Assembly: GCF_035594765.1 (NCBI RefSeq)
Contig: NC_085846.1
Coordinates: 14,247,190-14,311,189 of the forward strand
Direction: 5' to 3'
Source: Anolis carolinensis
Taxonomy: Eukaryota
Length of the DNA stretch: 64,000 nt
Of the stretch, positions 1 through 10,281 are shown piece after piece (within the stretch, counting starts at the first letter, position 1; the number at the start of each line of letters is the position of its first letter). The notes beneath the pieces are model-generated. The model had not been told where the DNA came from, made no database searches, and saw only the letters and a list, made by a program, of their open reading frames with translations. Made by a program: the position numbers and the translations under genes.

Positions 1-3000
1 GCTTGGGATGTCGAATGGTGGAGGGCTTGGGATATTTGAGGCTGGTGGCTTTTTTGCTTTGGATTCTTCCGACTCCTCATTGCTCTTGGAACTCTCTGAA
101 GCCTCCTCGTCCTCTTTGTCCTCATCTTCTTTCTCCTCGTCCTCTTTGTCTTCATCTTCTTTCTCCTCGTCCTCTTTGTCCTCATCTTCTTTCTCCTCGT
201 CCTCTTTGTCCTCATCTTCTTTCTCCTCTTCTTCTTCTGCCTTTTTCTTACGACGGTAGTACCTATAACCAAAGTGACAGAAATTGTAAATACAGCTTGT
301 CCTTAGAGATACAGAAAAAAGGCTGTCCTTTTTTTTAGCAGCACTCCCCAGGGAGTGGGGAAAAATTGATGGGGGAAATCATGACAAGTGCCTTCAATCT
401 TCACAATGTCTCATCTGTATTATCCACCTTGTAACAACCTCCTAAAGTGAACTCACCAAACCCCACCGCCTATGCCCAGCAAGAGGAAAAATGTCACCAG
501 CACTCCTGCCAGAACGTTAGCCCCTATATAAGAAAAAGAAAAAGGAGAGGAATCATACCTGGTGAAAATTTCAATGGGTACTATGACATAATTGCCTACT
601 TTTAGTACACCCTCTGTCTCAAATTGGTAAGGGCAGTCCCTATTAATCTTCTCTTTCAGCTGCTATTAAAATATTCCAGTTTCCCTCCTCCTCCTTTTCT
701 CTTTTGTCCCTCAGTTTATTTCAGTAGCTGCAAAATGAATTCAAAATGCCAAAGTAGAAGAGTAGAGGCGAAAGCAGAATCTTGCCCCTCCCAGGCAGCT
801 CAGGCAAAAGCAAACTGTTGCCACCTCTCCTGTTCTTTCACATCAATACCTTTTGCCATCTTGGTCATATTCTGTTGTTACTTGTCCCCATGTGTCCAAT
901 TTTCCATCTGTGAAATTTTGGAAGGTATGCTTAAATATTTCATTTCTTAGAAAGGTTAATGAAAACTCCTTTGAAGTTGTCAAGTCTTCAACAATATTCG
1001 CTTTTTTAAAGTGCTTACATAGCATACACTGGATCGCTTTGCAAGAACCAGATACTCTCCTTGTGAGTGATTTGTGACTATGCTAACAAGAACTTCTTGA
1101 ATACTGTGTCTTAAAGAATTTAAGATTGTTAATGGTGAACCTCATTGGTTCACTTAAATTATCGAGGCAAGAGAGTAAATTATTCCAAAGAAGAAAGGTA
1201 TAATTCTAGCTTAGGGTCTTGGATGCAGTTTTTAATTTCAGTGGCAGTTGGTAACTATGATGTAAATGGGAAAATGAATCTCCTTCAGGATTTAGTTTTT
1301 ACTTTAAAAAGGCTTTGCTAGTGTGGAAATGTATCCCTCAAATCGGCTTTGAAGAGCGGGTGCACAGAAAGATGAAAGTATGTTACGTTTGAAGGAGGGA
1401 TGGAGAGGCGGGGAAGAAGGAGAAAAGACACTTACCTGCACATACTACAGGGTCATTGCAAAAAACGTTGCTAACCTGGCAGTCAATGCAGTGAGCCACT
1501 TCATAGGGCCGAAAGCGAGACTTGGCTATGGAAATGTCAGAAAAAGGTTTGATCCAATCGTGAAATGGTTCAAACATTAAATAAAATTGTCATCGATTTA
1601 GATGAATGACAAACCATGGTTTGCGACTTCTGAACCAAACTAAATGGTTCTCCAACAATCTGAAGAAACAGTCTGGAATATGTTTGTGAATCATGGCTTG
1701 GTCAAGTTGTGGTTTGGTACCCCCATATGAATCAACAACCTTAGTCTAAGACATCTGGTTCAGAAGCTATTGCTTCTCAAGGAAGGTGAGTAAAGGAGGA
1801 AACAACACCTATCATGATTTTCTAGCATATCTGATTCAAAACCTCAAGTATGATTGGTTAGCACAAACCACAGTTTGTTATTACATCTGAAGCAACTCAA
1901 CCTACTGACACAAAGCTGTTATGAGTTGGATCCAGACTTTAGCAAACCCATTAAGTTGGAGCTAGGCCTAGATTTACTAAGAAAAGTCTTACGAAAATTA
2001 ACAGGACTCAAGGGAGTCAAATTTGAATCCCATTGTTTTCAGTATGTCTTTATGAAGTATGATTATGTTTGGATCCAATCCTTTATAGTGTAAGTTTATA
2101 GAGTCATGAGTTTCTTCATTTTGACTGGACACTAATGTGGTTTAGAATTGTCAACATATGCATGGATGTCTAAACAAGATCATCTTCATTCATTTCTAGT
2201 TTGTTTGGAATTATGTCTCCATCTGTACAACTCTGTATCCATAATCCTATGCTCTCCACATTGATGTCAGAGGAGCCAATATGAGACAGAAAGAGAGTAC
2301 AAATGTTCTTTTGACAACTACAAATGCACATTAATTTTCAGATGAGCTGTTCTCTTTTCAAGATTGGAGGATGTTTATCAGATTTTATCTCATGTCGTTT
2401 CACAGATCCTCAGCCTCTTTCTTATTGCCATCAGCCACCTTCATCATCTTTTGAAGTGGCAGCTGCATCACTCCATCCATCTCTCAGAACCTTGGTCTCT
2501 TCATCCTTGCATCTCATTAATTTGCTACTTGTGTTGTGTATGAGTCACAAGGCTGAGAGAGACTGAGGATCTGAGAGACAGACAAACTGTCTCTCAAACT
2601 GCAGCCACCATCTCAAATGTGGAAGTGTGTAGCTGGTGGCAAAAAATTAGGTTGTTTGAAAGTTGTATTCAGAACATTTTTGATTTAGGCCCTACTTGGG
2701 GCATTCTTAAGAACAGTAGTCCAAAAAGTAACATTTACAAGTTATGCCTATATTTTGCCAGTGTTGTGACTCCAAACAACAGGGAAGGGAATGGGTCTAG
2801 TTTGGAGAAGGGTAGAAAAATTGGTACCTCCTATCTAACATTTAGAATTCACATCACCCTTGACACTCACATATGCAGCTAAGCAAGCAAATTAAAAATG
2901 TACCCCAACGGACACCGACACATGTATGCACCCCAGGCAACAGATGGCCAGACAGAGGCACATCTGGTTTAGACAGATTGACTCACCGCAGGAAAGGCCG

Positions 3001-5832
3001 CAGACTGTGAGGGTTAAAACAGGAGGAGGTAGAGAAAAAAAGAACAAATTAGGAGAATCAGCAAATGGAATTTTCTCCAACACAATACTTGCAAAGCCTA
3101 TCCAGGCTTCCATTGCCCAATCCTACCCAACACAACAAAGTACGTTTTCCTTTGTTATGCTTCCATTACATTCTTATGGCTGATCTATATTCAGTATATA
3201 GTCCCAAGACTATTGAAGCCATCACTTTTTATTCTGAGCTCGGGATGAAGACAACAAAAGACGGGAGTTAGGATACTCTGGATCTAGTCTTCAACAGACT
3301 GTCAAATTTACTGGATGATGTCAAATTACACATTTTGTCTCAACCTGGCCAACCTCACAGGATTGTTGTGAAGATAAAGTGAGCGGAGTATAGAACCACC
3401 ACGTCCTCATTGGAAGAAAGGTGGAATATAGGTGAAACAAACTACCAAACCCCACATTAATAAATCCACCTTTATTCTCTGGAAGAACTGGCTGCATTTT
3501 CACAGCCACCTGAAGTGGAGTAAAAAAATCATAAATAGGCCTTGAAAGGGCATTAGTGAAAAGTTAACCATTCTGCCCACACACAAGTGTTGCTTTTGAG
3601 GATGTATCTACATGTAGAATAAATGCAGTTTGATATTACTTGGAGTCATAAGTTGTAGTTTTGCAAGGTTTTTAGCCTTATCTGCCAAATAGTGCTGATG
3701 CCTACAACTCCCGTGATTTTAGAGTCTAGTTTTTTCTCACTTTTCACAACAAATGGCAACAAGTAAAATGACTTAAAGCAAAGAATATCCGACTACCTCT
3801 GAACTCAGCATTAGCTGTGGAATATAACCATCCAACTATAGATGGTCCTAAATTCAATTGCTGGCATTTTTAGACAGGACTAAAAATCTTCATGAGAAAT
3901 GCTGTCTTGAGATAAAACAGCAATGTCAAAGTGCAAGTACTCAAAGCTAATCAAATTATTTCAGAACATAAAACAAACTTCCACAAGCTTCTTTCCTTGT
4001 TTTGTCATTAAATCAATCACTTAAAAGGTACTGCCCTTCCATGGCACCCAATATCTGGTGCCTGAGTTTGCTCTGTAATATCACAAACAGTCACTGTTGG
4101 CCAATGCAGACAGCAGTAATATAGATACTCAGCATAAAATATCTTCCTATGTATCTGGATCATTCATCAACACAAACTGAGGAATTTAGGATGGAATGGC
4201 ACTTACGTTGCTTCATAAAGGCATTGGATGCCTCTTCCAATTTCTTGACAAAGTTCTTTTTTTCCTCCTCTGCTGCACCTATCACATGTTCTGTGGGATT
4301 TAAAAAATGCACCGAAAAAGAGCAAAATACTTTATTGGACTAAAACTTCTATGATCTTTCAGCTAGTGGGATTGTGGGAGCTCTGGTCCCCCAGAATAAT
4401 TTCCAAGCTCTGAGTAATGAAGAAAAGATAATGCCTGGGTGAGATTTAGGAGCCAGATACTTTTATAGTTATGGCAAAAGTGCCACGATTGGTATTGAGT
4501 AGGAACTATGAATATGAACCTGGTATGGAAGTTTATGTCTAAGTTACGCATCTCTAATTGTGATCGTGATTTCCAGCTATTGTTGTTATAGAATAGGATT
4601 TATTGTGGACCTTCAAGTCATTTCCAACTTATGACGATCCTAAGGAAAACCTATCACACTTTTTTGCAAGTTTTATTCAGAAAAGGGTTGCCTTTGCTTT
4701 CTTCTGAAATTGAGAGAATGTGACTTGCTCAAATTCATCCAGATTATCACTTGACAAATGTATCAGAAATTATTATGGTGCAAGAAGATATTTTGATAGC
4801 AAGCGCAGCTGCCATCTAAGAATGTTTTCTCTGTCCAAAATAGCATCATTTCCTACCTTTTCCTCTTGTCGAAATAATATTTTCAATCCGACGAAAGAGT
4901 TGCCCAGCTTCACGCTCCATGTGATCTCGTTCTGCATAAATAAGGGCAGATAACACAAAAGTTGAGGCGCAGAGTTCCTGACCAAACCCTCCTTTTGGAA
5001 CATCATCTCCCGCTTTGAAGAAGACACTAGGAATAGTTTGACATATTGTTGTCATATTTATTTTAGACTTCTGTGCTTCCTGGAGATGACATAAATTGTA
5101 ATCCAATGCAACCAGCAGGTACCAGATCAGGGAAAGATGGTGTTTCAGAATTTAGAAAGTTATTGTTGAAGGTATTTATTTACAAGCTTGGTTCCCCACA
5201 AAATATTTATCATTGTTCTGTAGTTACATTTTTACAGTAAAGAGTTCTGATGGAAAGATACATGACCCATAGCTTCCAATCTATCTCTGAAATCAAGATC
5301 ACTAGCAATGCCTTTCCTAGCATCTCAAAAGATGTCGTGTGGCCTTTCTCTTCCATTATTTCTATGTTGAGTTGGTCAAAATGCAGCCTGTAAGCTCAAT
5401 GCAATCCCAGTACCAGCAGTCATTTTTGGCCCCTTCGAGAGGGGCATTTTTGCCATGTTTCTGGTGTCTTGGGTGACAAAATGCCATAGAGGGCATCAGG
5501 GGACAAACAACATTGAAGAAATGGCATTAAGGGAGATTGTAGTATATTGTACTGGATTGTTGCAAGGAGTGTGCCTAACACTCCTTTGTGGTCCCGTAGA
5601 CTCAAACCATTGCCCCGTCCTCATTTATACCCAAATATCTTCTGCCATTGGAAGTAGTGTCGCCCAGGAAGATGTTCACCAGGCTCCGAGCGGCTTCTGA
5701 ATCCTGACCAAGCAGCAGATTGGCATCGTAGCCAAAGCTCACTACAGCATCTGGCCAGCAGCGGAGACATGTGCCAGCCAACTGCATGGGCAGAGTCCAG
5801 GCCAGCAATCCTATCAGAGGTCCTTTAGCCAT
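1..5832 (-). CDS. TEX51: TEX51-like single-pass Izumo-domain sperm membrane protein; complement(join(<1..262,457..523,1436..1525,2987..3004,4207..4290,4857..4931,5631..5832)); 3' end outside the window
   Basis: GT-AG exons with matching phases splice to MAKGPLIGLLAWTLPMQLAGTCLRCWPDAVVSFGYDANLLLG...RRYL/ERDHMEREAGQLFRRIENIISTRGK/EHVIGAAEEEKKNFVKKLEEASNAFMKQ/LCGLSC/AKSRFRPYEVAHCIDCQVSNVFCNDPVVCA/GANVLAGVLVTFFLLLGIGGGVW/YYRRKKKAEEEEEKEDEDKEDEE... The motifs CLRCWP..YD, RDHxExE and CxDC..CNDPxxC match human TEX51 as recalled. An in-frame upstream ATG exists at 5889. Confidence 0.8.
103..229 (-). repeat. Coding tandem repeat, 4 copies plus a partial copy of a 30-bp unit encoding KEDEDKEDEE
   Basis: Unit ctcctcgtcctctttgtcctcatcttcttt repeated from 103 with a single substitution, inside the last exon of the TEX51-like gene. 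Confidence 0.9.
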
Positions 5833-6101
5833 GAAAAGCAGAACGAAAAGGCTAGAGCCAAACACTGCTTTGAGGAAGAACAGAAGCATGGAAGATCAAT
5901 AGGAACCTGGCATCAGTTCAGTGTTCCAGCTTCTACATAGCTGACATCACTTTGTGTTCTAGATCTAGCATCATAGAGACTCACACCACCATTTGCCTAT
6001 ACACTCGCTCTCCTTGGCAACCTTTTCTGACTGATCTCCTTGCTTTAAGAGAGGTTGTTTTTGCCATTGCGGCATTTGGTCCTGATTTTGGGGCTGCTTC
6101 C
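5833..6101. promoter_or_regulatory. Putative bidirectional promoter between TEX51-like and IZUMO3, with a CRE-like TGACATCA at 5942-5949
   Basis: Divergent start codons at 5832 (or 5889) and 6102; the CRE variant lies between them. Confidence 0.6.
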
Positions 6102-9100
6102 ATGGTGCCTTGGTTCCTATCAGTTTTCCTTCTGTTTCTGCTCTCCTTCAAAGCAGCATCTGGTTGTCTGCAATGTGACCGCCGCTTCTTGGATTCTGCA
6201 GCCACCGTCATGAAGGAAACATTGCCTGGAGACGTACCTGACCGTGAAATGCTTATTGAACGGCATGTTGAGGCCTTGTCAAATATTCATGGCACTTACC
6301 TCCGACAGAAATACGAAAGAGTGCTGGGTGCGACCTGAACAGAGATGCATCACTGGGGCTGGGAAAGCAGAGGAAAAGTGTAACATAATCAGAGTTTGGG
6401 AAAGTTACCTTTGGGGACTGTAGCTCCCAGAATGCCACAAACAAAGTGGCTGGTGTCCATGCTCACTGGAGGATCCTGGGAGCTGCAGCACCACAGTAAT
6501 TTTCCAAGCTCTGGCTTTAGCATCAGACATGTAGAGTTAAATCTGTGGATGTCTTCTTTTAGATGTACGTGGAGTGAAGGCTATTAAATCAGATATTATC
6601 AGTCGTCTGCGAGAGATAAAGGCCGGCACGTGGAAAGGTATGTTGGGAAGCTGGTGCATGTGGGATTTTCCCACTGAGATTGGATTGTGGGGAACTCTTA
6701 GCTTCATACAGTAAGTTTTCGTGTGGATACCATAAAGGTATTCTCCTAAATGTAGCATTCTCTTAGCTGTCTTGAACTACAGACCCAATTATCCTCATCA
6801 ACCCTGGCTGAAAATGAGAGCCAGCATATTTCAAGCTTGCCCTTCTTAAAAGTTGCAACAACACTAATAGCTTTCATCCTTTTGAACAAACTCTAATGTT
6901 TGGATACACATGTCCCAGTTTTCATCTCTGAAATGTTGGCAAGTACGTCCTCACTCCCTCTGCTTTGCTTTAGCTCCTTTTCCCTTCTTTCCACTTAGGG
7001 GTTTTCTTGTGGCAACTCTCCTTGTACGAGATTAGAACCTCCCTGCGACAGCGCATGCAACGGATGCTGGAGAAATTCGCCGACCTTGGTACCAATCGTG
7101 CAGGGAAGGGCAGACCCACCAGGGCCCAACTCCTTATAATCATTTGCTGTGTTTCCCAAACTCTGGTCTTCCAGGTGTGTTGGACATCCCTGATAATTAG
7201 CCAAGGCAGCTGAGGCTTCTGGGAGTTGAAGTCCAAAACATGGAGGACTAGAGCTTGTGAATCACTGAACTGATGGGGATTCCCTATATGTCAAGGGTTT
7301 GGTGACGCGTGTTGTTGAGCCAGGGCTACAACCTGTGATGCACCATGGGTTTCTTTTTCTAAAATGAATATGATAGCTAGGAAAGACAGACAAACAGAAA
7401 ATACAGTAGTCTCTCACTTATCCAACACTCGCTTATCCAACGTTCTGGATTATCCAACGCATTTTTTTAGTCAATGTTTTCAATATATCATGATATTTTG
7501 GTGCTAGATTCGTAAATACAGTAATTACTACGTAGCATTACTGCGTATTGAACTACTTTTTCTGCCAGATTTGTTGTCTAACATGTTTTGGTGCTTAATT
7601 TGTAAAATCATAACCTAATTTGATGTTTAATAGGCTTCTCTTTAATCTCTCCTTATTATCCAACATATTCGCTTATCCAATGTTCTGCCGGCCCGTTTAT
7701 GTTGGATAAGTGAGACTCTACTGTATACAGAAAAATAAGAAATACACAAGCAACGGCTAGAATCCTGTTGATGTCTTACATACATCTGAGTTCTGTGGTG
7801 AAAAGAGCTAGACATTGTTGACCAGTTGGAAATATCCATTCTATCCAAATTTGTGGCCCCAAAGTTGCACATAAGTTCCATTGTGTACGCATTTCAACAT
7901 ACAGATGCACACTGTAAATGCCAGTAGGAATTTTACATGCAGATGAGCATGTGCTTTCCTTGTGCAACATCACAATTCACTCACAAGGTGGCATTCTGCA
8001 ACCACCAAGTCACTCTCAGCATAAAGCTGTCCCACATTTCATCTGGGAAACATTAGAGGGTGTAATTAGTTTTATGACTATGAATTGTTGATTAACTAAC
8101 ATAAAACCATGAATTGTATAAGAACGAAGCAAGAATTCCTGCAAAATTATGATCCTAATCCAATCTTTTCTCTTCTCTTCCCACAATTCAGCTTGTTCAG
8201 AGGACTGTAGTAAGTATTGTGTCCCCCTTTCCCCTCCCCATTCCAAACACTTCTCTGAACCCTTCCAAGTTTTTTTAACCAGCCAGTCCCTGAAATCTTC
8301 TGTGTCTGAAATGTATGACACCCCAAGAGCTTTGGGTTCTTAGCCGTGATGTTCTTCCTTTTGGCAGCTGTGACTGAAGGTCCCATTTTGGACTGCTGGA
8401 CATGCTTACGGATTCTTGCCCAATGTTATGATGGAGAGCTCTGTGGAGGTATGCCATAGAAAAGTATGGTACCTAATATATGGCAGGACTTGGTACTGAG
8501 TTTGTGTGTGCATATACGTGCCTTCAAATCACCTTTTAATTGATAGCCCCAGGAATTTTGTAGGGTTTTCTTTGGCAAAGTATACTCAGATGTGGTTTGC
8601 TATTGCCGTCTTCTAAAATAATAGCATACAGAAACTGGTGTTCCTTGGTGATCTCCCATTCAGGCTTGACCATGCTTAGCTTCCAAGATCTGAAACTCTC
8701 TGTTAACTTCAGGTATTTATGTGGACACATTGGTAGTTTGGTAATACAGTATTCTGTTTCTTGTCTCAATTCCCAAAGCAATACAAGATGTTAATATGGT
8801 GTTCCTTTTGCTTCTTAGTGGAAGACAAACGTCTTGCAGAATACAATGAAGTTGTTCTTTACGTGTTCCTCGTTTGTGAGTCTGTGGTGTTGACCTCAAC
8901 TCTGCTTATGTGAGTAACTTGCTCCGCCATGTCCCTCCAGCCTCCTATGAAATTCGGGAATTCAAACTGAGGTTTTTGTTGATCTTCTTGTATCTCTTTG
9001 TAATTCTTTCCCAAAACCCCATTGATGGGAATTACTCTGTATACTCATGTATAAATCTTGAATTTTTAGTCAAAAATCAACCCCCAAAACCTGGGTTAAC

Positions 9101-9806
9101 CTACCCACAGGTCGATGTGTGTACTCTACCTCAATTCTTATCAGAGAATGTACCATTCTATTATCTGAGTGGTGTGGCGGAAGGCAAGAGCTTAATCCAC
9201 CCCAAAAGAAAGTAAAAGAAGCACCGATCCTCTCTACTCTCCCCACCGTAGAGCATCTTCTTGCTTTTTTAAATGTCTGGGTGGAGAAATAGTTGCAGTG
9301 GCAGCCAAGGGCAGCGGCCCCCTGAAATGACATTGGTTTTTCCCCTCTCTATGGAATGACCCTCAACGTATCTGTGGATCATATCAAGTTCCATAATTTT
9401 TTCCACAAAACCTTCTCTCGAGTTATACATGAGGTTGGGTTATACATGAGTATAAACAGTATGTGGTCCACCATATGTTATTGGACGGCAGGTCCCAGCA
9501 ATGACAGTCAAATGTGAAGGAAATGTTGGGAGTTGTAGTTTCACAACTTCTGGACAACTACTTACTACCTTGTAGCCCTATTTGGATTCATCAGGCTATG
9601 GCTGGAGAATGCTGAGATGGTAGAAAGACAACTAAGGGCCTTAAGGACGAGCTTAAAACTTTTCTCAATGAAGGACCATGTTTAGATGAGGCCTGATTTG
9701 TGTTCTAGAAGATGAAGGAACCTCTCCCCTTCCTAACTGTACCTCCAGATACATGGTGTGCATAAAACACACGAGGACAAGTCTGCAGAAAGCTTTGGCC
9801 CGTTAG
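6102..9806 (+). CDS. IZUMO3: Izumo sperm-egg fusion protein 3; join(6102..6327,6563..6637,6999..7088,8192..8209,8368..8448,8819..8909,9749..9806); 212 aa
   Basis: The 639-nt spliced ORF reads signal peptide, [119 protein letters not shown]..stop. TWKGVF, ACSEDC and [12 protein letters not shown] match human IZUMO3 as recalled. AATAAA at 9883-9888. Confidence 0.92.
7404..7723. mobile_element. Tc1/mariner(Tigger)-type MITE, family A. Other copies: 12185-12500, 12921-13242, 16339-16661, 22934-23211, 25368-25517, 26948-27374, 35798-36139
   Basis: TIR CAGTAGAGTCTCACTTATCCAAC...GTTGGATAAGTGAGACTCTACTG, TA target duplication and near-identical interiors. Confidence 0.85.
9037..9459. mobile_element. 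Older Tc1/mariner-type non-autonomous element; a related degraded copy lies at about 53200-53610
   Basis: Imperfect TIR ctgtatactcatgtataa / ttatacatgagtataaacag with a flanking TA. Confidence 0.5.
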
Positions 9807-10281
9807 CTGTGTTGGAATCCAGAAGATTTCCCAACGCTGCACCACCTTCCAACATATCCTTCACCTTTGAACACTCAGAACAAATAAAAGGACATTTCTC
9901 TAAGGAAGAAGGTTTCTGTCTTCAACAGAGGAAAGCCAATTTGGAATCTCATTTGGTTCCCTGGGATGGGAGCGATGCCTCGTGAATTAGTCATGAAGAC
10001 AAGAAGGGTGCTGGCTGTCAAACACCTGAAGGAGATAGGAGAATGCCATTCAAGATCTCTGTAGACCAAAACAAAAATAGAAAAGGCACAAAACTAGGTT
10101 TTGTATTTATTTTGGAAAATTAAGAGATTTGAAAAAAGACAGGGTTCGCGTTGTTTGGGTCAGAAAAAGATTTTGAGTTCAAAGGTTGTCTGGATACTTT
10201 GGAATCTTTTCCAGAAGACATCCTTTGTGGGTGAGAATACAGTGGGTCTTTCAACTAAACACGTTCAGGCAGGACTTCCAA

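Noticed and set aside
559-662. AG...GT bounded open segment on the minus strand as an extra TEX51-like exon
   Set aside because: Entering in phase 1 hits TAA after a few codons, and the intron to the TM exon would be only 35 nt.
843-1080. Minus-strand ORF with CKAIQCMLCKHF as an Ig-domain exon or a GIY-YIG remnant
   Set aside because: No phase-compatible splice sites and no Ig pattern; the resemblance to a decayed Penelope endonuclease region is too weak to call.
8910-9215. Hydrophobic ORF ([12 protein letters not shown]) as the IZUMO3 TM exon
   Set aside because: Exon 8819-8909 has canonical sites, correct phases and matches IZUMO3; this ORF starts in the intron and runs into a transposon.
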